Below are positions 29,930 to 42,297 of a stretch of 64,000 bases of DNA, piece by piece. The notes below the pieces were generated by a model that worked only from the letters and a program-made list of their open reading frames with translations, was not told the origin of the DNA and ran no database searches. The first letter of the stretch is position 1. The number at the start of each line of letters is the position of its first letter. Location: assembly GCA_049724395.1 (NCBI GenBank), contig JAUGWO010000023.1:186001-250000 (forward strand), written 5' to 3'. A program made the position numbers and the translations under genes. The DNA is from Spongospora subterranea f. sp. subterranea. Its lineage: Eukaryota.

Positions 29930-31160
29930 ATTGCGATGCTGAAGATCCGCCACGCAGCGATGCCAACGAAACAGCATGCGAGGACTCGACCAACAGTTGG
30001 GAATCGGGCTCCGCCGTCAGCGAACAGTTTAAAATCAACTTTTTCGGTAAATCACACCTCAACAATCAAACGGTGGCAACCCAAGAGCAAGTACGCCGGC
30101 AAGAGGGAGGACAAGTCCCGGGCTGAAATCCGCCTTGCTTTCCATGACGAATGCATGTTCCATCAAAATGACATCGTCAAGCATTATTATGCGAAGGAAG
30201 GCGATCAGGCTTCCGAGAAAAGGCGCAGGGCGAAGTGTGCATGTTTTGACTTTATGACGGAAGAATTCGGCTTTCTTGATCTGCAAAAACATGCGGCCCC
30301 GGATAACCTTGAAGCTTTACTCTAAGGTGGACTTTTCCCCAGCAACCTCAGATAGCGGGTCATTATCTACGCTGGTAAGAATTACGACGCATGGTGGGAT
30401 GTGAACAGCTTTGAAGCAGACGGAGCATTTCCTGATATTTTTGAAATCGTCCATATTGGCGATATCGTGTACATCGTATTTGATTGTTCATCCAACCACC
30501 AGGCGTTTGCTCTGATGCCCTGGTCGTCTCTCGAATGAAGAATGAACATGAAATCAGGAGGAAAACAGTCGAAAATGAGAGAAACTTCTTTCGTCGAAAT
30601 CGGCGATCGTCATCTCGCAATCGATCAGCAACGCATTGTTTCTCGGTCCATGGTTTACCCAGAAGATGACCCATTATATCCAGGATTACCGAAAGGCATG
30701 CTGTCAGTTGCCCGAGAAGGTGGATTCGTCGGCTTAAACGAAGCGAAGGTTAAGTTGTGCATGGCGTGCAAGAAAAACATTGAGCGGGACCCTGCTCTAT
30801 CAAACTGCTGTCTGTTACGAATGTTGGCTGTCGAGCCGGATTTCTTCAACGAGAAGTCCGCCTTAGAAAGACTCATCAGCCGACGAAGTCATGTCCTGCA
30901 TTTTTTTACCGAAATTCCATTGTGAACTGAACCCCATTAAATGCGCATGGGGCCATTCAAAGTTCGTTTGCTGGCGAGACTGTGATTACAGTTTTTCAAA
31001 TGTCACGCAGCGAGTCTCACTGGCTCGTGACTCGATTCCAATCGCCACGATCCGGCGGTGGTTCCGTCTGACTGACCGATTTTTAAACGCTCACAAACGT
31101 GGTTTGACTGGTCGCTTAGCAAGTATCGGTCCCACCGGCGAATCCCAGATTCCATGATAA
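29930..31160 (+). mobile_element. Degenerate DDE transposase (IS630-Tc1-mariner superfamily, type with a long Cys-containing insertion before the catalytic E)
   Basis: 'FHDECMFHQND', 'RVIIYAGKNYDAWWD', 'VFDCSSNH', 'MNMKSGGKQSKMR', 'PKGML', 'CCLLRML..EPDF..EKS', 'FLPKFHCELNPIK.AWG'; several frameshifts and stops; no introns. Confidence 0.85.
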
Positions 31161-32033
31161 TTGAGGAAATGCGTCAAGAGTTTGGATTGAAAAATAACAA
31201 TTTAATCTCAAAATAGCGGCATTAACTTTGAAAGGAAGCATAAAATAAACAGCCCAACTGACTCCTTTCGGTCCAAAACTGACCCCCTTTTTAGCAAATT
31301 TCACGCACATATCTAAAAATGGACGTCTTTTCACCATGGTCTCAAATTTCAAACAACCAATTTTTTTGAATCGCTACTGTGTCACCAGTTTTGCACTTAA
31401 AAAAAAACCTTGGTCGGGTTGCTGTAGACGAAGTCTATCGACTGAAAAGGTCTATAAATGCAGGTAAGCCGTTTCAGCAAAGTGGAGTGGTCCTTGCCTG
31501 TAGCGCCATTTTATGCGTGTGTCCCGCACTGTACGTCATAGGCTCATGGCTGATTTGGCCCTGAATTTATCAGCGTTGCCATCAAAAGATTCATCGTCAG
31601 AATTGCGGAACTAGTTAGAGGTTGTGATTCAAATGTTATCAGAATATTATAACTTTGGATCACTTGCCAATGATGAGCGCTTCAATGATAAAAATCATTA
31701 GGAGTATTATTTACGACGGAATTTGTCCTAAACCGTTTGTTTTGTTGGGGTGTGTCCAGAATCTCAAAATGAACTAAACGAGTTACAGTCGTAGATACCG
31801 CGCTTACCATCACGATGTGTGATGATCACTTTCCCACTGTCAGTTGCTGTTAGTTTTTTGGGTTGGCGCTATTCTTTTCCAAGAGTTATCTTTCGTTTTT
31901 ACCCTTTATTATAACGATGAAACGGCTAACATAAAGGTGCGTTGGTAACACTTTCGCTCAACAGCGAAGATATTCTCCAGATCATGTCGTACAGGAATGT
32001 TGCATCGGGATCGTTGTGCTACATAAAATTCCA

Positions 32034-33380
32034 ATGGAAACTGAGTCCAACTCCGCGACTAATCTATCATCGCTTTTGGGGCAGAATGTTGACTCACAAC
32101 GTGCAACAATGGTTTCAATATTATCAGAAGGACTTTTGACGGCGTTCTTGGCTATTCAGAAGTTAAACGAACAAATCCAACAGTTGCGCCGAACCATAGG
32201 TGTTTCTGAAGGCCAAAGTGTAAACCGATCTGAAAATATTCAAGAGTCGATTAATCTTCAAACATCAGCAATTATAATGCTTCAATCGCAGTTAGATGCT
32301 GCTAAATCGAATTTAACAGCGGCAGGATCAGGACCAGTTGAGTTCGTCCCTTCTACCATCGCTGCCTACCCAAAGCTCTTAAATCAAAGGACCACATTTG
32401 ACCTATTGAAGGAAAGGTAAGGAATAAAGGAAAGCGTTTTTGTGATATGTTTACCAATATCTAACTGTCCAGAATTGATCAGCTTGCAACCATTGTATCA
32501 GTTAATGCATCGCAGGCAAGTCGAGAAGCGAAAAGATTTGACATGAAAATCGAAGCGCTTCGCGCGAATGTAGCACAATTGCAGACAATTAAACCAGAAA
32601 CGCCTGCATTCGACATCACTGCATTGAAAGAAATCAGAGAAAAACTGGACGCCACTGTAAATAGTCTCGGCAGAAAAGCAGACACCTTTGAACTTTCTAA
32701 GAAAGCAGATTTGTACCCATCCAAAGCAAAACAATCTCCTTTGTACTGATACAGATTCTAGGTGCGACCTTGAAAAACTCTTGGCAATGTTTCTGTCTGG
32801 AGATCAAGTGTTGGTCGGAAAATCACCAATAAGGTAAACATTTTGCATGTCGCACGCTGAAATACTTAACGCAATACAGGCCTTGGAAATGCATGTCTTG
32901 TGATCGGCGATTATTGTCGGTTAATGCTGAGGTCAAACGTCACTTCAACCCTTCGCACATATCTAAAATTCTGGGGAGTCGTAGGCTGGGGGAAAAGACC
33001 CCATGAAATCCATGTCCAGGAGACAATTTAGTAGACATTTCGCTGGACGATCCGTTTCAGTTTTGCCCCCAGTGAACCTTAGGTACCTCGCCGACTCAAG
33101 CAGAACCCTCCATTCCCATAGCTCAATGATATGCCAGGTCTCAAACTGCCATGGGCATGAGCGCACTTCGTCAAATGAATCCTGTCTCGGTCAAATGAAT
33201 GACACAAGAGTGAAACAAAACAATGCAAATGACGATTACTACAATGCTTGTGACACTGAGACAACTCTGCAAACACAGAATGTGCTCCTCACTCAGTCAA
33301 ATAAAGTAAATGTTATAAAACAAAATTACTCAAAATTTTCATGTCTGAACAAACCTTCTCTGGGGCCGAATACAGTATAA
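32034..33380 (+). CDS. Hypothetical coiled-coil protein with a CxxC motif, multi-exon
   Basis: Heptad-rich exons separated by GT-AG introns; 'WKCMSCDRRL'; 3' end uncertain. Confidence 0.45.
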
Positions 33381-33410
33381 TTTTATGGTAATAACCCGTA
33401 TATGCCATGA

Positions 33411-34572
33411 TTGAAAGAAGTTCATATCATAAAAACAAGACCAGTCATCCTCTGTGAAACAATAAGACTTTGTTTTGAAATCGTGTCATCCCAATACCAG
33501 GAGGCAGAGATGTACACCATCGTATTCCAGAAGCTGGTACATTACTCAATGTCGACTGAGCAAAACTGTTTTGCTGAGTATTCTTGGGATATTGGACGTC
33601 GACCAGCAACTTTCGATTATGTGTTCACTTGCCAACAATCAACCATAGGGCTTGACTGCTATGCAAAGCATTGAGAACAATGATTCCGACACGTGAACTA
33701 AAATCCAGAGATCCCAACGACATTGAAATAATTAGGGTTTGAAGTTGAACCCCGTTAAGTGGAAATGTATACACTACAGTCAATCCCATGTGCAACAGCG
33801 CAGAAAACATATAACGGGAGCAATTGGGGGTGTAGCTTTATATTTATGCGGATTGATGTGTTTGTTGTGACTTGATCCTGACTGTTCACTTCACGACCTG
33901 CTGCTATTCACACGACTTAAGGAGGATAAATCGTCTATTGCTGTTATTCGGTGGTAGTGCTTGTAGTGAAATGTTCATGTCCCCAGCGCCAAGCAGGCAA
34001 TGCCGCCACGCCATGCTGTCGTCCGTTAGCAATTCCAGCATGACAGACGGGGAGGATTTTGATAATTTCGGCGGTTCTGGTAGGCCCCGGTGCCGCAGGT
34101 TTGTCATAAAAGCGTATAACGTGTCCCAACAGCAGATGCGCAATCAATTATTGACGCAGATGAAGCAGAGTTCATCGCTGATCAAGAACGCTCTAATATT
34201 CTCGGCGTCGACCCCAATGATGAGTTACTCAAAACGCCCACTGACGCGATGCTGCGCTGCTGTTCCATGATTACATCGCCCACCGATTATTTTCAATCGA
34301 AAGCGCCATCTATGGGCTCACTATCAGGAGCGGGAGGTATCCATAAACTTGCCTTTCACAGCCGTTTTATATTGTTTATGCTTGGTTGCGCAGGAGGTAT
34401 CGACAGACCAAGTTTTTATTCACCAGTCCCAGAACCTTTTACACCGAAATCTTCTAAAGACAGAAGATTCTCGATATCTAGTCCGTTTATGGTGTTGCGA
34501 CCATTATGGGAGTCGACACCAGGACCAGTGTTTAGTCCTTCGCCGTCATATCGTAAATTTCCCTCTAAATAA
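33411..34572 (+). CDS. Hypothetical protein with an S/P-rich C-terminus; structure uncertain
   Basis: Consecutive + strand ORF pieces ending 'SPVPEPFTPKSSKDRRFSISSP..SPSPSYRKFPSK'. Confidence 0.3.
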
Positions 34573-34740
34573 TTGTTCGTATGCATGAAGAGTTTCTGTT
34601 TACATGGATGAGTTTATTCACAACACGGAAGGGATATATTGATAAGTGAAGAGTTTCCGCTCCGACTAATCCTCGCTGATGGGTTATCCCCTTCGCTACC
34701 TGAACCATCGCATACCCAACTCAGGCCCATACCTGTTGGT

Positions 34741-35989
34741 TTATGTGTTCCTAACATCTGTTGCGAGTATCAGAAGAATTACACTCGACGGGCTGCAACG
34801 ACTGTGTCGGATTACCATTTGGTACTGCCTGTATCTTTGCTCCAACGTTGCTGTTGTGTTATGCCTCTTTCCTACCAGCTTTTTGGCGAAATACAAAGCC
34901 ATTCTGTATCCTTCTAGTGCCCGTCCCTTTTTCCCAAGAATTTCGAGCTCAACCGCTAAATTGTACAGAGCGATGGGAAAAATTCCTAATCTGCGACGAG
35001 ACAAAGTCCACCGAACCGCTCGCATTAGCTGGGCCACCGAATCGCTGGCCGCTGGATCAAATAGCTCTTTTCTCAGAAAATATACTGATGCACGAATCTG
35101 CTGTAGCGACTCCCTATGACGCCCCATGGCCGATAATATAACACCATAGTTTAAACGGATAGCAGCTCTGAAAAAACACCCGCAAATTATCGCTTTGTCA
35201 GCGGCAGTCGCTGAATATCGTACAAACTGATACAGCGACCAGCCTCGCCGCCGATTTTATGTGTGCACAACGCTGACTCAATGCTGTCCAGTCCCGACTC
35301 TAGACGACCTAATCGCTTATATGCACACGCCATGTTGTTGTACGTTAGCGCATTGGAGCCGGGGCAGAGTTTCCCAGCCGATTCGGCACGTTTGAACAAC
35401 GATATCGCCGCGATGGTATCGCCTGAAAAAAGAGCGTTATATTCGGGCAACTGAAAATGATACGGTTTTTGAAACCTTTTTCTACAAGCCGCATTGCAGC
35501 CTGGTTGGCGAACTTCACGATGACTTTGGCCTCTTGTGAAACCTGGACACTATCGTACCCGAAATAATCAGCGGTTTTCCTTAACGTTAATTCCAGATTC
35601 TGAACAACTCCAACAGGATTGGCTCTTTTTCCCTGACTTTTATCAGTCGATGAGGCCCTTTCATGACCTTTGAGATCACTGGAATGTCTCAGAAGTTTCG
35701 ATTGCGATCGGGATCGTCGCGCGTAAATTTTTGACAGCTCCGTACTTCGTTGTTGTGATGTCAATGTATTCATCCCCACCGGAGGACTTCTCGGTTCATC
35801 ATCGCGTTGTTTGAGGGCAATGCGTTTCTTGATCCAAAGCGATGTGTAATCCTCGTATCTACAAGTGGATGAGGCGCTACTTGGTCGCCTAATTTGGCGC
35901 TCGCGCCGTTCGCCATTTGGAGTCGGCGTTCTGGTTTTGCATCGAACGCAAGGTTTGGCAGCATCCGCCGTCCCTTCAAGCATCAGCAA
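34741..35989 (-). CDS. TPR-repeat protein, multi-exon
   Basis: 'ALTYNNMACAYKRLGRLESGLDSIESAL', 'IALYNLAVELEILGKKGRALEGYRMAL'. Confidence 0.75.
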
Positions 35990-36378
35990 TTGCTATGCGG
36001 CGATCTTGGGTCTCAACTGTACCTTCGACCAGCTCCTTTCTTCTTAATGGCGACACAACACCCAAAGTGAAAGTATTTACGTCTTCACATGCATTTCGGG
36101 GGTGATGGGACACATGAGGCTTGATAGTATAAAGACTAAGATAATCCTAGGTATCTACACAGCAAACCGCTGAAATGCAACTTAATTTGACCCGCCATCA
36201 TGCGATCTAAAACAGCTCTACTCAACATGATTTAATTTCAGTGCTCAACGCTGAACCAATTGATGGCGAGTGTCATCTGTCGGGACTCGGGGCCGCTCTG
36301 CGCAGCCACCCACCGGACATCACTGTAGCACTGGCCGCCCCTGACGTCAGAAACGGTTCTGGACGCCGTCATTCGCAA

Positions 36379-37850
36379 ATGTATAAAAGCGTCAGGAAAT
36401 CGTCATACGCGAACGTTCATGAACGACATAAAGTTCCTGGGACCACGTTCCTTGTTGACGCTTTCACATGGCAGTGCAACGGTACGTTTGCGTTTTTGAC
36501 CAGCGCGTTGATGATTCAATGACGTATCATTTGTAGAAACCTCACATTGGTTTTTAACTCATTTCCATAGCGACCATTATATGGGCCTAGATAAGTCTTT
36601 CAACAGCGGTACAATTTATTGTACAGCGTCGACATCTCGGCTCGCCCAATCGAAATTGCAGATTCCCAGATCCGTTATTCGTGATTTGCACTTCAACACT
36701 CGAGAAGTGATCGATGATGTTCTTGTGACAGCAATCGATGCGAACCACTGCCCTGGTAGCGCCATGCTCCTTTTCCAACATCGTGACGGGACCACAATCC
36801 TACACTGTGGCGATATGCGGTGGTCGTCGCGCATGAACTCTATCCAGTGTCTCGCTCCACCCGCCCAGATCGATTATCTTTATTTGGACACGACCTACTG
36901 TAATAAGAAGCACCAATTTCCAGATCAAGATATCGTCATCGACAGAATCGTCGAATATTGCCGCCCGCATTTTGCCGAGAACGACGTCATGTTTCTGTAC
37001 GTTATTTTTTTTGTTTTGATCATCTTTCTGAAACTTCCTCAGAATTGGAACTTATAGCATTGGTAAAGAGCGGATTCTCATTCGTCTGGCCAAAGAGTTC
37101 CGTTGTCGAATCCATGTTAGCCCCCAGAGGTACAAGGATATCTGCATGTACGGCCTGCCTTGCAATATTCCAGAGACGTTCACGACTGATGGTTCTGCTT
37201 CCCGCATTCATGTCGTGCCCTTGGGTGACATCAGTTATCAATCGCTGTCCCAACTCAGGGATCGCATGGCCGCCCATGGACCGCGTTTCAAACGGACCGT
37301 TGCCCTGCGACCAACCGGTTGGTCTCATTCGGCCACCCGGGATATATCCATCGCTCAACATGATAACATCACTATTGTGAATATTGCCTATAGTGAGCAT
37401 TCATCATTCACAGAACTACGATCATGTGTCGATTATCTTCGGCCGCTGAAAATCGTGCCGACCGTAAATGCCAAAACAGCTGAGGAGCGAAAGAAAATCC
37501 TAGATTGTTTCAACGAATTTCAAGATACGTCCAAAGATCGGTCCAAGATTTCTTCGTATTTCAAGAAGGCATCTCCCCCATCGGGAAGACCTTCTAAAAA
37601 ATCGGCAGCGCCGCGGTGGAGAGCAGTACCCGTGTTTCCGACTGATAAGCCATTCTCTTCCGCGATGCAGGGCCCGCACCCAGGAACCATTCAGAGCTAT
37701 TTTCCCCCGCACGCCGCCAAACAAGAAGAACTTTCATTTGACCTGGAATCTGTCGACATCGCCGAACAACATCGGTTCATGGCTGAAATTACACTCAAAC
37801 GCAAACGTCAACCGGAGAACGGGGAGTTTGAAGGGTTTCCAATCAGATAA
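36379..37850 (+). CDS. SNM1: DNA cross-link repair nuclease SNM1/PSO2 (metallo-beta-lactamase, beta-CASP)
   Basis: 'FLVDAF', 'FLTHFHSDHYMGL', 'DANHCPGS', 'LHCGDMR', 'LYLDTTY', 'GTYSIGKE', 'RPTGW', 'YSEHSSFTEL', 'IVPTVN'. Confidence 0.94.
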
Positions 37851-38262
37851 AAACATTCCAATTTCAACACACAGTCTGCAGAAACTGAAATACATGAGGC
37901 ACATCTTCCGGGAGCGAGGCCGAGTGAGAAAATCTGGAATGTTGCACTGGAAGGAACTGGAAAGCCCCGTATTGTACCGGACCGGGACAGACAGACGTCC
38001 CGTGACGTATACTCGCGGATACAGCCACTGACCGGCCTGGCCGTTCGGGTAGGCCATCGGCACTGCAGCTTGGATAACAATCGGGGCCGCCCCGGCTTAT
38101 CGACAGATAAAAACAGTGAATCTTGGGCCCCAGGGCTGGACTTGGTTGTGGGTCCGTTTTCCTGTTGTGGCTTCCGTCATTGGGTTCGCGTTTGACGGGT
38201 TTCTGTGAAGATCAACCCCGTCTTGACCGTATTCCAACGGATTCGATCATCACATTCTGCAA

Positions 38263-39850
38263 ATGTCGGCGGCAACAACGGTTGATACGGGACCGTCCCC
38301 GCGGCTGCAACGAACCCGGTCGCTGCTGATCGACCCCGTCGCCGAGGAAGCCATCGATGCGTCACTCTGCAGCCCTCATGGTGTCCATATCGTTGTCGTC
38401 GTCTGCGGGATCCAGCCCCAGGCCCGTAAAGTTGCATGCAAGTTGGTCCGATACCTGACGTGGATCGGCCATCGTTCATGTCTCTTCACGACCGCCACGA
38501 CTCTGTCGTCATGCACGCCGTCCTCCTGCGATATGCAACACCGCGATCGTCGTGCCGCTTTCAACGCCTGCATTGACTACACCAATCAGGGCGGGATATC
38601 GGTTCTTGACGCCGACGATGTTGGTCCTGAGGATGTCGCCCCGTTCCAGTCCAATGCGCGACGCGTCCAGTTGATATGGTGCCTTGTCGGCAGCGAGTTG
38701 CAATTATCTCTGGACAAAAACGCCGCCTGGATCAGATTAGTTTATGATCCTGAATTCTCAGTCACGCGCAGTTCGGTTCGAGGTTTGTTCCCAGGGAAAG
38801 TTTCGCCAAATGGGTCGCGAAGTAACCGAAATTCACGACAGGGAATGTGGCCAGGATAGTGTTCCGATATCTGGCACACCTGGCACTGCACGAGCGGCCG
38901 TTGATGGCGTCCAGACATGGCGAGAGCGCTGATAACCTGCAAGGATATATCGGGGGTGACTCCCGACTCACAGATCGAGGAAATCATTTCGCCGTTGCCT
39001 TGGGGCGTTTCGTTGACGACCGCCAGATGAATGGATTACAAGGTCTTGCTACTCGGAAAGCGATTTTCCGTTCCGGGATTGATTTAGTTTGAGCAGTTTG
39101 GACGAGTAATTTGCAGAGGACAGTGATGACGGCGGCGTTCATCACGTCTGCCGTCACCAAGAGGACATGGGAGTGTCTGCAGGAGATCGATGCCGGGGTG
39201 TTCACCGGGCTAACATACGAGGAGATCGAGCGGACAGATCCAGTGTCGTTCAACGCTCGCAAAAGGGACAAGCTCAGGTACCAGTACCCGGAGGGCGAAA
39301 GCTACGTTGATGTTATTGAGCGCCTGGATCCGATCGTGCTTGAGGTGGAACGGGCCAATTACCCTATTGTTATCATATCGCATAAAGCCGTTCTCAGGTA
39401 CGATATATATTAGGGCCCCAATTCATTCGTATCAATAGGGAAAAACATCGTTTTTCTTGCTCGTTTTCGTTGTTGGCTGTATTATTTTCCAGTACTGGTA
39501 ATGCGTTTCCTGTTAATGTGGATTTCGCCTAGGTGCTTGCTTGGCTATTTCTTGAACAGTCATCGAACTGTCATTCCTGACATGACATTTCCATCCCATT
39601 CAGGTTGACCCGCTACATATATTGTTTAATTCCATGCCATTCAATACTAACGATGATTTTCGTAGTTGTTTCTGTTAGGACGGGGTCGAGAGGTATTATC
39701 GTTGATACATATGAGATGGGAATCGCTCATGTCGAGAATCAACCTAAACCCGCTGCCGTCTCGCAGAATAAGTCGCCATTCGAGGAAGAGTTTGGCGCTG
39801 ATGATGGCGACAGTCAAATAGAGGCGTTTTCGAAAATCGACCTATCATAA
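38263..39850 (+). CDS. 6-phosphofructo-2-kinase/fructose-2,6-bisphosphatase family protein; kinase half degenerate
   Basis: 'KLVRYLTWIG'; phosphatase 'SRHGES..N..G.IGGDS.L', 'LQEIDAG', 'DKLRYQYPEGESYVDVIERL', 'ISHKAVLR'. Confidence 0.9.
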
Positions 39851-39877
39851 TATGTAAATGTAATATAGATAGATGTA

Positions 39878-41308
39878 TTATGAGATATTGGATATGATGG
39901 CTAAGCATGCAGCTCCACCAGTGACGATGGCGGGAAAGGTGGTGGCGCTAGGAAATACACGGGTAGGTATCGATCGGTTGATCTGATCTCCGATACCAAG
40001 ATTACCATGTTCATTCCAACCGAATGCCCATAACGACCCGTTATTGATGCTGAAACACAGGGAGTGTTCTGATCCACAGTAAATTGAGGAGATAGGGGTT
40101 GGTAGATTGACATCGTGAGGAATGTGGTGATGATCCCAGGATCCATCACCCTGCTGTCCGAAATCTGATCAGACACATGACTATGTTGAACGCGATATAC
40201 ATTGATGATTGATGCACCTCCTCTGCCCCATGATAAAACATGACCCGAGGCAGATAATGCCAGGCAATGCGACCACCCGCATTGCAAACTGATTGAGCTC
40301 ATTGCTGTTTCAATCGGCCCCCACTTTGAGCTATATTTGTCGTCGACATGGCGTCCAAGCTGCCCGAATCCGTTGCTACCAGCCGTTAAGATTTCGCCAC
40401 TATCTGTAGCATATCAGCATTGAAAAACACTAGATATATTGTGATTTTTAACTTACTGGCGAGGACGGCGGTATGCCGTAATCCACAAGCAATACCGATT
40501 GCGAATCTTAGAAATGAATCAGAACGTACGGCACGTTCCAGTGGCTGTTTAGACGATGGTTGGCCAAGCTGCCCACTAATGCGGTTTGCTATTAGAACCA
40601 TGTGTGACCAACAGGATGGACATTACAATTTGTTGTTTCCCCATAGCCATACCGACCCATCACGATTGATAATCGCCGAGTGCTGATAGCCACACGATAT
40701 AAAGGTGAATCGCTGCTCGGGTTGGACAGTGATATATCCCGGCTCGTGGGATGGCGTCAGGTCGACAGGACGACCAACCATTGATTTATGGCCGAAAGAC
40801 ACAACGCCACCGTCATCTGGAACCAACCAGTTCAGGAATCAGGTGTGAATCTGATTTTGGGGCAATTAACTGAGTAATAGGAGCGAATGACGCCATCCGC
40901 ATGCCACCTGGATAACAGGTTTGGGCAGGACGACAGGACTCGGGATTGAAATGATATCTGATGGTATTTGGCCACATTGTCCATGTGTGTTATCCCCCCA
41001 ACATGATACATCATCATCTATATTGAACACCATTACAATTATACCCATCGCGTCCACAAACTTTACATTTCTACAACGAAAAACGGTTGCAACGAATCTA
41101 AAGGAAAACGGAATTGTTTTTGCAATGATGGGCTGTGGTCGACTACCGAACCTTGAGCGACTATACAATGGCATCCACCACATGATATACTGGTGAATGA
41201 TGAGGGAATCTGATTCGGGATCATGGCTACAGGTACGTAATAATCATCAAAATCCTTATGGACCAGGCATCCGCCCCCACCCGACCCCCAGCTATACCAA
41301 CCCGCCAT
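39878..41308 (-). CDS. RCC1-repeat beta-propeller protein
   Basis: 'ISCGGCHC', 'WGDNTHGQCG', 'VACGWRHS', 'ISCGYQHS..GSVWLWG', 'CGWSHCLAL', 'FGWNEHGNLG'. Confidence 0.9.
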
Positions 41309-42297
41309 CTTTACAATTGCCCGCCCGATTCCCGTCAATGCCCGTCATTGCTTTGTCGCCATTGGTCGACACTCCGGACTTTGTGGTCCTTATTCACGAC
41401 TTCGGAAATGATTCTTTTGGGTTTCCAGATCTTATTGATCATGGCGCGGCTGGGCTATATTCAGTATTACGAGGGTTAGGGGACCGCCATGGAAGGAAGT
41501 AAAAAAGTTGAGAATGGTGAAGGGTTGTCATATGTGCTCATTGGCGAATCAATCATGAATGATACGCCTGGATTATGTCGTCTACACTAACGGTGCACTT
41601 CAATCAGTACATGCTGCACCAAATCTTGCCGTGATTATTGCAGTGATTTCCGTGAAGTGTTCGTGTACAGAATGTGGCGGATGAATGAGAGGTCGGATGG
41701 CGATACGTTTATCTTGACCGACACCAACTGGATTGCTTCATAAAAAAAGGAACAGTTCCAAATGCAGTTTCTTCAAATGTTCGATGCCGCTTGGGCTATA
41801 AAAATTGTTGCTGTCGAGCGATCGGATCTAACTCTCGCAAAAGCGATTGGCCTAGGGCTATGATGAACAATTATCCGGTTCGCCTCATGCAGCCGGATTA
41901 GACATGCGATGTTCCAGCTATCAGAAACGGCGAAGATAAATCCGAACGTCATCACATCAAAATGCAAAAATCAATTTATTAAAGAACGAATCTTACCCTT
42001 TCTCGGAACGCATTCAGAGAAACACCTGCCAGTCAATTTTGTCGATCTCGTTTTCGCCAGCCGGTCAATGTGAGGGTTTGCGCCAACCTGTGTACAGATA
42101 GGGACTGCAGCTAAGTGATATGTAATAGGTTGCGCCCTACTGGATGGGTGTTACCATTCAGGTGTTGAAATAGCGTTTCCCAAACAGGATCCCCATTTTA
42201 TACAGATCGTCCTATTGCATTCTGACAGCGGGAGCTGGTGAATGTGGCGCTAAATACCGATATCGAAGCCCATCGGCATCAATTACCATACTAGGGT

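Noticed and set aside
29750..31400. Terminal inverted repeats for the DDE transposase remnant
   Set aside because: No convincing inverted pair or TA duplication found by eye
41500..42290. ncRNA or small gene between the RCC1 and SCYL1 genes
   Set aside because: No tRNA/snRNA-like structure or credible ORF recognised
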